From an uncultured Ruficoccus sp. (GTDB taxonomy: Bacteria; Verrucomicrobiota; Verrucomicrobiia; Opitutales; Cerasicoccaceae), in the NCBI GenBank assembly GCA_965140785.1, contig OZ223484.1, forward strand, positions 32,001 through 96,000: a DNA stretch of 64,000 nucleotides. The letters run 5' to 3'. The notes below the pieces were generated by a model. The model was not told where the DNA came from, searched no databases, and worked only from the letters and a program-made list of their open reading frames with translations. Of this stretch, positions 9,613-19,725 are shown one piece after another. The translations under genes and the position numbers were made by a program. Numbering within the stretch: position 1 is the first letter of the stretch; each line of letters starts with the position of its first letter.

Positions 9613-10173
9613 TCAGCTTCGGATCGATTTGATCAGCTTGATGCCCTCCATCGCCATGACGCGGACGCCATTCTCCAGAAAGCCCAAAGCACTTCCGGCC
9701 AGAAACGAGAGCTTCCCTTTGCCATGGATTTTGGTCACGAAAAGTTCAAAACAAAACTTAGAACCGTTGTCGGGACGCACCTCATCATAGAAAACGGTGC
9801 GCCCAACTTCCCGCGCCCGGCCCACGCCGGGGATGCCCGCCCATGCCAGATACAGACCGGCGAGCTGAAGTACCGCCTCAATCTGGAGCGTTCCCGGCAT
9901 AACCGGATCACCGTGGAAGTGATTGGCAAAAAACCATGTATCCGCGGTGAAGTCGAACTCCGCCTTTGCATATCCATAGACACCATCAGCGTTTTTCTCG
10001 TATTTACAAAAATGCGCTCGATTGATCAGCAGGAACCTGCCATTAGGGAGTTTGCCAAACTCTGTCCCAAAGAGACTGCCTGTCTCGCAGTGATGAATTT
10101 GTGGCTCTTCAAGGGTCTCTTCTTTTTCAGTGACGTAATTCGAGGAGCTAGGTGTATTAAAAAAACTAATCAT
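9613..10173 (-). CDS. fabA: FabA-like 3-hydroxyacyl-ACP dehydratase (hot-dog fold)
   Basis: LFG..LP, GYAKAEFD, WFFANHFHGDPVMPG, QLAGLYLAWAG..GVGRA all align with FabA; nearest in-frame ATG is 10173. Confidence 0.8.
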   Translation of the reverse strand: MISFFNTPSSSNYVTEKEETLEEPQIHHCETGSLFGTEFGKLPNGRFLLINRAHFCKYEKNADGVYGYAKAEFDFTADTWFFANHFHGDPVMPGTLQIEAVLQLAGLYLAWAGIPGVGRAREVGRTVFYDEVRPDNGSKFCFELFVTKIHGKGKLSFLAGSALGFLENGVRVMAMEGIKLIKSIRS

Positions 10174-11458
10174 GGAATCTATTGTTATTACAGGAATGGG
10201 CGGAGTATCCCCGATCGGAATTGGAAATGCAGCTATGGACGAAAGTCTGAAGCAATGCAAACACGGATATAAAGATATCTCAACGTTTACGAGCAGCGAG
10301 AAATACCCACTAATGCAGGGTGCGGCTATCACAGACTTCTCCGCGGACGAGTATTTGAGCTTTCCGGCTGATGCAAAATACCGCAGCACGGTGCGGCCCA
10401 AGCGCCTGGACCGTATGTCGCAATTCGGGCTGGTCGCCGCCAAACTTGCGGCAAAGCAGGCTGGACTGCTCGGAGATGACGACCAACTGCTTGTTCCCGC
10501 TGCCACTCGCAGCGCAGTCATCATGGGCATCGCCTTGCTCGGGGTCGAAAGTTACGACCGGCTGCGTAAGGACTTTGACAATGGCAAAAAGATATCCCCC
10601 TTTGCCATCCCCATGTACATGACGAGTGCTCCTGCCGCCGCCATCAGCACCTACTTTAATTTCCAGGGAGCCCCTTTCACGGTGAATACCGCCTGTGCCT
10701 CTTCGCTGACGGCCATTCTCCGGGCCTGCGACATTCTCCAGCTTAACCGCCCCGGTGGCCCCAGTATGATACTGGCCGGTGGGACGGAAGCCTCGTTGAC
10801 GGACTTTGTCAGTGCCGGGTTTCTCTCCGCCCATGCCATGAGCCCCGAGGGGATTTCGCGCCCCTTTGATGTTAGTCGCAACGGATTTGGTCCCGCCGAG
10901 GGCGCAGGTGTTTTGGTTCTTGAACGCAAGAGCGATGCGCTCAAGCGGGGTGCCAAACCGCTGGCTGAAATTGTTGGGTTCAATGAACAGCACGACCACT
11001 ACGACGCGGAAAATGCGCCAACCGTGAACTTCACCTCGCCCGATACGAGCGGCGAACAGCTTGCCCAGTCAATTTTGGCCGCTCTGGAGCAAGGGCAATG
11101 CCCGCTGGAAAGCATTGATGTTTACAATGCGCACGGGACGGGCACCCAGATAAACGACCTGACGGAAGCCTATGCGCTTAAGCGGTTGTTTGGCGACAAC
11201 ATGCCCGCCATCATGGCCTTGAAAGGCTTCATGGGACATTCAGGTGGAGCCAGTGCCGTACTCGAAATCGTTGGCGGCATCTTGAGTATGCATGGGAACT
11301 ATCTGCCGGGTAATCCGCAGCTTGAGCAGGTCGACCCGAAGATTTCCCTATCGCTTGCAAAAGAGACAAAAGAACTTTCCCATCAAATCCACGTGAAAAC
11401 CGCGATGGGATTCGGCGGAGCGCGCGCCGCCATCGCTTATAAGAAATGCCCGAATTGA
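10172..11458 (+). CDS. Beta-ketoacyl-ACP synthase (FabF/FabB family, divergent)
   Basis: IVITGMGGVSPIG, TACASS (Cys), NAHGTGT, KGFMGH, GFGG. Confidence 0.92.
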   Translation: MESIVITGMGGVSPIGIGNAAMDESLKQCKHGYKDISTFTSSEKYPLMQGAAITDFSADEYLSFPADAKYRSTVRPKRLDRMSQFGLVAAKLAAKQAGLLGDDDQLLVPAATRSAVIMGIALLGVESYDRLRKDFDNGKKISPFAIPMYMTSAPAAAISTYFNFQGAPFTVNTACASSLTAILRACDILQLNRPGGPSMILAGGTEASLTDFVSAGFLSAHAMSPEGISRPFDVSRNGFGPAEGAGVLVLERKSDALKRGAKPLAEIVGFNEQHDHYDAENAPTVNFTSPDTSGEQLAQSILAALEQGQCPLESIDVYNAHGTGTQINDLTEAYALKRLFGDNMPAIMALKGFMGHSGGASAVLEIVGGILSMHGNYLPGNPQLEQVDPKISLSLAKETKELSHQIHVKTAMGFGGARAAIAYKKCPN

Positions 11459-12138
11459 GCCGGGCGTTCACCCAACGGATCTGACACGCGGGTATCAAAC
11501 GGATAGAGATATCCACCGTTTTTCTGGCGAAAGACGGGTAGAGACCCCCTATCGACTCGCGTGTTGATCCGTCTAAAATCTGATCAGCGCAAGCAGTGCC
11601 GTCAAAGCCGTCTTCCTCCGATGGGAAAACGCTTCATGCTGATGATAAAGGAAGCTCTCGGTAGGGTTGAGCGCGTCGTGACTCCGCATGCTTAAGCATG
11701 CACCGGCTTAGCGTAGCTGCCGCTGCCCGGATAATTATGCGGTATGAACAAAATAAAGAGGGGATAGCTGTGACGACTGCGGGACAAGATAGTCCGTAAT
11801 AAAGCTTGCGTTCCCCCCGATTCCTGAAAGTGTGGGCGCATTCAAGCAGAGAAATCTGCGGGTGGCCGGTCAACGAAACTTGCGCGGTTCCCAGCCCTGA
11901 CCGGTCTGTAATCGATGAGAGGTTTGCCAGGGGTTTACGACTCGTCGACAACGGCACAGTAGCCACATTCTTTCCCGCACCTATTCTGATCGCGCTGTTT
12001 TACGGAAGCGCGTCTCTCTCTGACCACTTTTATTTTTTACCTGGGGGTATTGTATCCGCAGGCTGTGCAATCCCGGGCATTCACGTCATTCGTCCGGCTT
12101 TGCCCGACACGTAACAATGACGAAGAAAGTATAAGACA

Positions 12139-12477
12139 ATGGATATATTCGTAGGCAACCTGCCTTATGAAATCACCGAGAACGAACTTAAGGACATGTT
12201 CTCCGAACACGGCACCGTCAACCGCATCAAGCTGCTGACTGACCGTGACACCGGCCGCCCTCGCGGCATCGCCTTCGTCACCATGGACGACTTCAAGGAA
12301 GCCCAGGCCGCCATCAAAGCGACCGACGGCCAGGAACTCGGCGGACGCCCGATGAAGGTCAATCAGGCCCGTGAACGCGACCCGCAGGGTGGCGGTGGTG
12401 CCCCGCGTCATGGCGGCGGCAACTTCAACCGCGGCGGCGGCGGCGGTGGAGGCTCACGCGGTCGTGACCGCTACTAG
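12139..12477 (+). CDS. RRM RNA-binding protein with Gly/Arg-rich tail
   Basis: RNP2 IFVGNL, RNP1 RGIAFVTM, GRPMKVNQAR. Confidence 0.95.
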   Translation: MDIFVGNLPYEITENELKDMFSEHGTVNRIKLLTDRDTGRPRGIAFVTMDDFKEAQAAIKATDGQELGGRPMKVNQARERDPQGGGGAPRHGGGNFNRGGGGGGGSRGRDRY

Positions 12478-12502
12478 GCCCTCGCCTCAACCCGTTTCAT
12501 CG

Positions 12503-12528
12503 CTGTGCCCGGGGAAACCCGGGCACGG
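12503..12528 (+). other. Stable GAAA-tetraloop hairpin between the RRM gene and the desaturase
   Basis: GTGCCCGGG-GAAA-CCCGGGCAC at 12505-12526; no U tract follows. Confidence 0.7.
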
Positions 12529-13513
12529 CCCTGAGACGCCCCCGCGCACAGGCAAGGCGCTGATCCAGGCGACCCGGCCTTTCGTTCGCGAAAACCGTCT
12601 GCGCAGTTGGTGGGAAGTGCTTTTCACGCTTGCTCTTCTCGCCCTGAGTGTCCTCGGAGCGCTAGCCCCGTGGGCTTGGCCCGCGAGGCTCATTTGCAGC
12701 ATTCTTACTGGTTTGTTGATGGTGCGTACGTTTGTGATCTTTCACGACCACCAGCACCACGCCATCCTGGAGCGTTCCGCCTTAGCCGATTTCATCATGC
12801 GCTTTATCGGCATCCTCTCACTGACGCCGAGCAGCATCTGGAAAAGCTCTCACAACTACCATCATCACAATAACTCACGCCTGCTGAGTGCCCGTATCGG
12901 CTCCTATCCGGTGATGACCAGTGAGCACTACGCCCGGGCGAGTTTCCGCGCGCGCTTCGAGTACCGCTTCATGCGGCATCCGCTAAATATGCTCTGCGGG
13001 TACCTAACCGTCTTTTTCCTGGGCATGGCCCTGCTGCCTTTCATCGAAAGCCCGAAAAAGCATCTCGACGGCCTGCTGGCCATCGCTCTGCACGCTACCT
13101 TTGCCGCCACGCTTTTTATCTTTGGTGGATTCTGGGCGCTGTTTTTCGCGCTGCTATTGCCCTACATGCTGGCCACGGCGCTGGGCTCCTATCTCTTTTA
13201 CGTGCAGCATAACTTCCCTGACGTGACCTTTCGCGACTCAGCGGGCTGGACCTACGAGGGTGCGGCTCTCGACTCCTCCAGCTTCCTGCGCCTGCCGCAC
13301 CTCATGCATTGGTTCACCGGCAATATCGGCTACCACCATATCCATCACCTCAACGCAAAGATTCCTTTCTATCGTCTGCCGGAAGCCATGCGTGCCCTGC
13401 CGGAATTACAGAACCCGAAAAGCTCCTCACTGAGCCCGCGCGATATCTGGACCTGCCTGCGCCTGTGCGTCTGGGACGTTAAAATGCAGCGGATGATTCC
13501 GCTCCCGCGCTAG
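12503..13513 (+). CDS. Membrane fatty acid desaturase (start uncertain)
   Basis: Three His boxes: HDHQH, HNYHH, HHIHH; IPFYRL. Confidence 0.9.
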   Translation: MCPGKPGHGPETPPRTGKALIQATRPFVRENRLRSWWEVLFTLALLALSVLGALAPWAWPARLICSILTGLLMVRTFVIFHDHQHHAILERSALADFIMRFIGILSLTPSSIWKSSHNYHHHNNSRLLSARIGSYPVMTSEHYARASFRARFEYRFMRHPLNMLCGYLTVFFLGMALLPFIESPKKHLDGLLAIALHATFAATLFIFGGFWALFFALLLPYMLATALGSYLFYVQHNFPDVTFRDSAGWTYEGAALDSSSFLRLPHLMHWFTGNIGYHHIHHLNAKIPFYRLPEAMRALPELQNPKSSSLSPRDIWTCLRLCVWDVKMQRMIPLPR

Positions 13514-13751
13514 CTGTTGATTGCATAGAAACACGTAGCCCGTTTCGCTTGATCCTGGGCATGAGACCCATCTGTTCATGAGTACCGTCACTTTTGTCCG
13601 GCACTGCATTGTATTCACGCGAGCTCTCCTGTTCCTATCCGCGCTGCCGCTGTTGCTTTGTTCCAGCGCATAGGACCCTGCTTCGCACTTGGTGTCCGCG
13701 TCGCTCTGGCGCCCATAAAGACGACTGCCCGCCCCGCCCTATTAAAGGTGC

Positions 13752-16379
13752 TTACTTGATCAGCACAACGTCATCGATCTGAAGTTCGCTCTCAGGGGTT
13801 TCCAGGCCGATCAGTGCGACGGCCAGGGTGTTCTGCCCCTGGATATCGCCTTCGACACAGACCGTTTCCCACTCACCCGTCCCGGTAAAGGACTGGGTAA
13901 GGACCTTGTTCCAGACGCCGCCCTGGTTCTGCTTCAGCGTCAGAAACCCCTTCGCTCCGGCGGGGGCTTTGACCTCCGCCGAAAAAGACCATAGCCCCGG
14001 ATAGTCGAGCGTGAGCACCTGCCCGGCGATGACCGGATGCGAGGTGGCGGACGACTTCAGCAGGAGGGAGTACTCGCCGCTGAAACCCTCGGTGAAACTC
14101 ATGGCCGAGGGAGGCGTTTCAGACGGGCGAAGCGTCCAGGACGAAGGCCGCGCCGCGCTCTCCTCCGCCAGGTAGTCGCCTTCCCGGATTTCGAATCCGC
14201 CGTTGGCCAGTGCGTTGCCGTACTCGCGTTCCGAGTCCACTATTTCGAGATCAGCCGAGGTGGTCAGATAAACCAACGACGAGAACACGAAAGGCTGGTC
14301 GAGATCGAAGGGACCGCGCTGCAGGACATCACCGTAGAGGTCGGTCACGATAGCCTCGGGCGAGTTCCCGGACGCGGAAAAGCGCAGCCGGACAGTGCCG
14401 TTGTTGGCGGCGAACACATAGAGGTACGAGCCGTCGCTACGGCGCAGCTTCCAGGTGGAGTAAGTGCTCCCGGCTCCCTCTACCGGCCCGAGATACTCGT
14501 CGCACACCCGCAGTTGGCGGCTGAGTTCGGCGCTGACCGCATAAAAAGGCGTGATGTTGAGCCGGTCGAAGTTCCGATCCAGCTCGCCCCAGATGATGAA
14601 GTATTTGGAGAAGCCTTGCGAAAGAAACCAGAAGGCCTTGGTCGTGACCTGATAATCATCCGTGGGCTTCTCGTACATGTATTCGGTCATCCACAGCGGC
14701 ACGCCGGGCTTGGCCTCGCGGGCGGCACGCACCGTTTTCTCGATCGTTTCGCGATTGGTGTAGCCGTGGACATTGAAGATATCGAAATACGGGGCGGCTC
14801 CCATATTGAGCAGATCGATCGGCATCTGCACATCGGTGACGCCCGGCGTCAGGCTGAAGCCTGAGATCAGGAGACGGCAGCTCGGGTCGATCTCCTGAAT
14901 AATTTCATGCGTGGCCTTAAGAAGTTCGAAGTAGTCTTCGGTCGTCCCGCTGAAGGTCGCGTGCATGGCCGGTGGATGAAAGTCCACCTCGTTATAGAGT
15001 TCCCAGTACTTGACATCCTCGTGGTAACGGGAAACCACTGCCCGGATATAGACCTTCCACTCTTCAAGGCTGCGCGGCTGAAAGCGATGAGGGCTGGTCG
15101 AGTATGTTTTGTTGGGCCGTTTAATCTTTTTGTATTCATCGGGTGAATACGTGCTGGCCCAGGCCGGGGGATAACCCAGCACACCGACCAGATGAACATC
15201 GTCCGCCTTTGCCTCCGCGACGAGCTTATCGGCGGCGGCCCAATAAAACTCCCCCTGCTCCGGCTCGACGTAGCACCATAGAAACTGCCGATCGTCCGCC
15301 CAGGTGCGCACCCACTGGTAGCCGATATCTTTAAAGGCCATGAGGTGATGCCCGAGGTAACCGGCGAGCTTGCCCGGCTGAAGCGATTCGGCGATCTGTA
15401 CGATGTACCGGATCTCGTGGCTCTCCGACGTGCCCCAGGGTGTGGTAAAGGTCAGGAGCGCCCGGTAGTAGCCGGGCGCATCCAGTACCGGCAGTGCCAC
15501 CTCCAGCGGCTGATACTCAGCGCCGGCGGGAACAGTGACCGATGTCTCCGCCTGAGCAACCGGTTCGCCGTCGGAATCCCATACGTCGGCATGAACCTGG
15601 AATAGGCAGGGCTGAGACTGGAAATTGACACCGCGCAGGGGAAGCACCAGCGGCACGCCCTCATCAGTGGCGAACCGCTGAGCAGCCCGGTACGGAAAGA
15701 GCGCGGCCCGGAACTGCTCAGTCTGCCAGGCAGTCTTTCCGGTGACGACGGAGCCGTCTTCACGGTAAAGATACGTGGTATGCGCATCTGACTCCAAGGG
15801 CTCGGCCTTGACCACTTCGCTGCCGGGCACGGTGCAGTCGGATATCCGCACCGCCTCGATCTGGTAGCTGGCGGGCAAGCCGACACTATAGTCATAACCG
15901 GCGAAGAACTCTGCCGGCAGCAACCCCAGCGACCCCTCAAAGGCCTGCCGCCCCATCAGCTTTCCATCGAGCCAGAAATCCATCCGCCCGTCGCCCCAGC
16001 TCAGAACAAAACGGTGCGTACTCTGCGGAGCAAAGTCCGGTATCTCGTCCTGCGTGCTGGCGGAGGAATCCTCTCCGCGCGCGAGCACCAGCATACCCCG
16101 CGCGTCCATCGAGGGACACAGGACCATGGCAAGGATGCTCGTGCCGCCATCGGGCGCGTTACCGGAAAGACGGAAGAGGAAGTTCCAGTCGGTGACCATA
16201 GCTTTCTGGTCGTGGAAGAAAGTAACGTCGAGCTCGACCGTGCCCTCCTCACGGTTGATGATGCCCGGCGCCCAATAGGCGACCTCGGAGTCGGGTTCGT
16301 CCGCCACGCAAAAGGGTGAGAACAAGGCAAGGGCGGCGACCAGGGAGGCGGCCTTGGATAAAAGAGAAAGCGATGACAT
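13752..16379 (-). CDS. Secreted modular clan GH-A glycoside hydrolase (LamG-like + GH39/GH5-like + CBM-like)
   Basis: Signal peptide; WCYVEPEQGEFYW; YWELYNE (acid/base); NVHGY; LWMTE (nucleophile); LANGGFE CBM4/16-like start. Confidence 0.8.
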   Translation of the reverse strand: MSSLSLLSKAASLVAALALFSPFCVADEPDSEVAYWAPGIINREEGTVELDVTFFHDQKAMVTDWNFLFRLSGNAPDGGTSILAMVLCPSMDARGMLVLARGEDSSASTQDEIPDFAPQSTHRFVLSWGDGRMDFWLDGKLMGRQAFEGSLGLLPAEFFAGYDYSVGLPASYQIEAVRISDCTVPGSEVVKAEPLESDAHTTYLYREDGSVVTGKTAWQTEQFRAALFPYRAAQRFATDEGVPLVLPLRGVNFQSQPCLFQVHADVWDSDGEPVAQAETSVTVPAGAEYQPLEVALPVLDAPGYYRALLTFTTPWGTSESHEIRYIVQIAESLQPGKLAGYLGHHLMAFKDIGYQWVRTWADDRQFLWCYVEPEQGEFYWAAADKLVAEAKADDVHLVGVLGYPPAWASTYSPDEYKKIKRPNKTYSTSPHRFQPRSLEEWKVYIRAVVSRYHEDVKYWELYNEVDFHPPAMHATFSGTTEDYFELLKATHEIIQEIDPSCRLLISGFSLTPGVTDVQMPIDLLNMGAAPYFDIFNVHGYTNRETIEKTVRAAREAKPGVPLWMTEYMYEKPTDDYQVTTKAFWFLSQGFSKYFIIWGELDRNFDRLNITPFYAVSAELSRQLRVCDEYLGPVEGAGSTYSTWKLRRSDGSYLYVFAANNGTVRLRFSASGNSPEAIVTDLYGDVLQRGPFDLDQPFVFSSLVYLTTSADLEIVDSEREYGNALANGGFEIREGDYLAEESAARPSSWTLRPSETPPSAMSFTEGFSGEYSLLLKSSATSHPVIAGQVLTLDYPGLWSFSAEVKAPAGAKGFLTLKQNQGGVWNKVLTQSFTGTGEWETVCVEGDIQGQNTLAVALIGLETPESELQIDDVVLIK

Positions 16380-16395
16380 GACAGGAGTGTTTTTT

Positions 16396-17037
16396 TTATT
16401 CAGCTAAACGGTAGGAAAAAGTGAGCGTTACCGGCACATCCTTCTCCACGAAGACAATCTGCTGGAACCGCGAATTGTGCCACACGCGCACCGCGTTGGT
16501 TCCGTCGGCCGCCTCTGCGCTCACGATCCTCGCCCGGTTATCCGCCGTGTTGGGCGGGTTGCCGTCGATCTCCCGCAGATTCCAATAGGCGGGCAGGCCG
16601 GAGTCCGCCACGGTCTTTTCGAAGCTGCCGTTCTTGATCACGGCGTTGACCACCCGCACGTCATCGTACTCCACCAGAACCGGACGAAGCTCGCGGGTCT
16701 CTTCGTTCACGCGGATGTACGGTCCGAGCAGCGTAATAACCACGTTGCCGTCCTCAGAGGCGGTGAAGGTGGCGGAGCCACTCTGCCACTCCGAAGTGGC
16801 AGGCAACTGGAGGTCTATAATGCGATCCATCATCTCGCCGGCCCAGGTGGCGGGATAGACACGCGCCCCGGTCGAAGTTTGGTCAGCCGTCAACTTCTGA
16901 TTGGGCTGCTTGCTGCTGCCAGATATCTGGACGCGGACCATCGTGGACTGAGCGTGGCCGGTAGCGGCAAGCCCAAAGGCGAGCATGAGGGTAAGGGCCA
17001 CGAGCCGGCCCCCGGTTAGGTTCGGATATTTTTTCAT
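16396..17037 (-). CDS. Secreted protein with CBM-like (galactose-binding fold) signature
   Basis: Signal peptide MKKYPNL...GHA; IKNGSFE motif; lies within the operon. Confidence 0.7.
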   Translation of the reverse strand: MKKYPNLTGGRLVALTLMLAFGLAATGHAQSTMVRVQISGSSKQPNQKLTADQTSTGARVYPATWAGEMMDRIIDLQLPATSEWQSGSATFTASEDGNVVITLLGPYIRVNEETRELRPVLVEYDDVRVVNAVIKNGSFEKTVADSGLPAYWNLREIDGNPPNTADNRARIVSAEAADGTNAVRVWHNSRFQQIVFVEKDVPVTLTFSYRLAE

Positions 17038-17053
17038 GATGCGTAAAGGGTGA

Positions 17054-17659
17054 TTACTTTCTAAACCAGCGAGGGTCCGAAGGAGGAACCAGGCCGCTAA
17101 TCGCCTCCACATGGCCATCCGCAAAGAGATAGTTCGAGGTCTCGTTGGGATGACGATGCGGGACTTCTCCATTGGAGAGCGGGGAGAAGAGTTCGTTGTT
17201 CATGGCACACTCCACGACCAGGAAGGCCTCACTATCGACATTCAGGCGGTTGTAGTTCCAAGTCTTGAAGCTGTACTTGGGATCGATGGAGGCATTCATC
17301 GCATAGGAGACGGAGCGATCGGCGGTCATCTCCCACTCCGGACAGACGAAGATTCCGGCCGCCTTTGGCAGTGGCGAATATCCCATCGAGTCCTCCGGCA
17401 TATCCACGTACGGCTTCAAGGACCACATCCAGGTCTGGTCATAGCCCTTGGCCGGATCATAAGCATGGGGGAAACGGTTGTCGTTGTCGTTGGCATAGGC
17501 CGTCATGGCGATGCCGATCTGGCGCAGATTCGACGCGCAGGCCGTCGCCCGGCTCATGCGGAGCGAATGATTCACAGCGGGAATCAAAATAACGGCCAAA
17601 ATAGCGATCACGGATAGACAGGTGAGCACTTCGACCAGTGTGAATCCTCGTCGCGTCAT
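17054..17659 (-). CDS. Prepilin-type pseudopilin, DUF1559/H-X9-DG-like
   Basis: RRG|FTLVEVL, CASNLRQIGIA, RHPNETSNYLFADGHVE. Confidence 0.92.
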   Translation of the reverse strand: MTRRGFTLVEVLTCLSVIAILAVILIPAVNHSLRMSRATACASNLRQIGIAMTAYANDNDNRFPHAYDPAKGYDQTWMWSLKPYVDMPEDSMGYSPLPKAAGIFVCPEWEMTADRSVSYAMNASIDPKYSFKTWNYNRLNVDSEAFLVVECAMNNELFSPLSNGEVPHRHPNETSNYLFADGHVEAISGLVPPSDPRWFRK

Positions 17660-17692
17660 GGGATAGGGAAATGGGGATGGTTTAAACAAAAC

Positions 17693-18529
17693 TTATCGCC
17701 GACGCTTGCGCAGTAGCAGCCAGGCACCGGTGAGAAAAAGAAACGCAACCGTAGCCGGCTCCGGCACTGAGCTTACCGAAACATTGTCGAAGTCGGCGGT
17801 GATGGTGTCGTTGCTGCCGGTGACAAAGCTGAAGTACATGTCGGGGCTGAGGTCATGCAGGTGGGGAAGCGTGCCGTTATTGTAAGCCTGAACCGTGGCT
17901 GTCTTGTCAACCGCTCCGCTCACGGTGCCAGTCAGAACCACACTCGTGTACGTAAACTCCGTCGGGTCGATCGTCACGTCGAAGGTGATGTATTCGCCCA
18001 ACTGTGAAAAATCCGTATACGCGCCGAGATTGACTCCGCTGTTGTAGTCCCCGCTCGGGGTGTTCACACCCAGATAGAGGAAGCCGTCGGTGTAGTAGGT
18101 GGAAAACCAGTAAGAGCTGGTTGTGGTCGCGGCACCGAAATAGACCTGCGCCTGGTTACCGGTTCCCGCGCTGATATTGTCCAGCGCCATGCCGAAGTGG
18201 ATATGCACCGGATTGGTCATGCTCAGGGCGGCACTCAAGTTCACCGAAGCCGACAGAGCAGCCGTTCCATTACCGTCCAAGCGCAAGGCCTGTAGTCCGG
18301 TTTGCGGGTTGGCGGTCGATGAGGTAATCCGGCTGTCAACACTGGAGCTCCCAAAGAGCCGGTTCCAGTTGGCGCCGGCGGGAGCGTCGGTGTCATGGAC
18401 GCCGATTACGGTCGTGTCAGTGCCGTAGCCACTGGAGGTTTCGAAGCCGGTATCGAAGCTGGCCACAGAGGCCGCGGTTCCGCCCAGTAGGGACAGGAGG
18501 GTGGAGATGAGGATATGCTTGGGATTCAT
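17693..18529 (-). CDS. PEP-CTERM protein
   Basis: Signal peptide; VPEPATVAFLFLTGAWLLLRKRRR. Confidence 0.93.
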   Translation of the reverse strand: MNPKHILISTLLSLLGGTAASVASFDTGFETSSGYGTDTTVIGVHDTDAPAGANWNRLFGSSSVDSRITSSTANPQTGLQALRLDGNGTAALSASVNLSAALSMTNPVHIHFGMALDNISAGTGNQAQVYFGAATTTSSYWFSTYYTDGFLYLGVNTPSGDYNSGVNLGAYTDFSQLGEYITFDVTIDPTEFTYTSVVLTGTVSGAVDKTATVQAYNNGTLPHLHDLSPDMYFSFVTGSNDTITADFDNVSVSSVPEPATVAFLFLTGAWLLLRKRRR

Positions 18530-18549
18530 GGGTCGTATGGGTTTGAGTT

Positions 18550-19725
18550 TTAGGGTTGGAAATCAAAGCGTCTTTCCGGGCGGCAGAACCAGCGCTGGAG
18601 CATGTTCGCGGCGGGCTTGCCCCAGACGGTGAAGCCCTTGTCACCACGGGGATCGCTCCTCATGCCGGGGCGGTCGTTCTGCTCGTCCCACTTCCAGAGG
18701 TAGAATCCCATCCACCAGGGCTCGTTCCAGAAGGCGGTGAGCACGGCGTCGAAATAGCGGGCCTGCACCTCGCCGTCATAGCCGCCGTCATTGTCCCAAC
18801 GGTACGGCACGGCGGTCGCGCCGGCGGCCGAACAGCAACCGCATTCGGCAAAGTAAAACGGCTTGCCCAGTTGCCGGGAAATCTCGCGGAAATATTTTCT
18901 CGGCCCCTCAAACCAACGCACAATCTCCTCGACGGTGGCGTCCGGGCCGTTGGGCGGGAGGTCTGGCTCCATGTGGTACAGGTCCGGGCCGTGGCCCACG
19001 TTTTCCCAACCCCCGGTGCGCACCGAGCCCGGTGCGTAAAAGCTCGTCCCGAGTGAGTCGAGATCCTTGAACCAGTGATCGGGCCGGTTACTCAACTCCT
19101 GCAGGAAATCCACGTGCGGCGTATGGCCGGTGGTCAGATGGCCGTCGAAAACGCTGCGCGCGGCGGCGACGACCCGCTTCCAGTGAGCGTTCTGCCCCGT
19201 GGTCTGATCTAACTCGCTGTCCAGACCGTAGGCCTCGCACCCGCTACGCTGGGCCAGGGAGGCGTAGTGGAGCGTACGGTCGATCATGCTGTCGAACCAA
19301 CGCGTCCAGTGGTTGACCGGCATCCCGGGGATAACCTCCCCCTCCCAGGGAAAGGTGATGTGGCAGCGCATGCTGCCGTCCCAACACTGCTGCATGGGGC
19401 GCAACTGCACGTGCATGCCGCGTGCGTGGATGTAGTCGATGATGTCCCGCAGTTCGTCATCGGCCGGCGTGATCCGGAAATCCCGGTACTGACGGGTGCT
19501 TGAGAATGTGTCCTGCATCACCGTCACGATCAGGCACACCCAGTCCACGGACAGCTCGGCCATTCGGTCCACCTCGGCACGGGCCTGTGCCGAGCCGAAG
19601 TACCCGTTACGAGCAAAGAAACCGAAATTCACCCCCCGATGGATGGGCACGGCGTCATGGGTTGATGATACGCGCGCTTTCTCATGGGGTAGCTCAAGCG
19701 ACGGGGCATGGGATGTCGTTTTCAT
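18550..19725 (-). CDS. Glycoside hydrolase, GH113-like, no signal peptide
   Basis: GMHVQLRP, RWFDS, GLDSEL (acid/base), KPFYFAECG (nucleophile), QARYF, GFYLWKW. Confidence 0.78.
   Translation of the reverse strand: MKTTSHAPSLELPHEKARVSSTHDAVPIHRGVNFGFFARNGYFGSAQARAEVDRMAELSVDWVCLIVTVMQDTFSSTRQYRDFRITPADDELRDIIDYIHARGMHVQLRPMQQCWDGSMRCHITFPWEGEVIPGMPVNHWTRWFDSMIDRTLHYASLAQRSGCEAYGLDSELDQTTGQNAHWKRVVAAARSVFDGHLTTGHTPHVDFLQELSNRPDHWFKDLDSLGTSFYAPGSVRTGGWENVGHGPDLYHMEPDLPPNGPDATVEEIVRWFEGPRKYFREISRQLGKPFYFAECGCCSAAGATAVPYRWDNDGGYDGEVQARYFDAVLTAFWNEPWWMGFYLWKWDEQNDRPGMRSDPRGDKGFTVWGKPAANMLQRWFCRPERRFDFQP

Noticed and set aside
10174..10530. N-terminal extension of the 305-aa fabA-like ORF
   Set aside because: Antisense to the KAS gene and has no FabA similarity.
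12385..12470. GGC tandem repeat
   Set aside because: Simply encodes the Gly-rich tail of the RRM protein.
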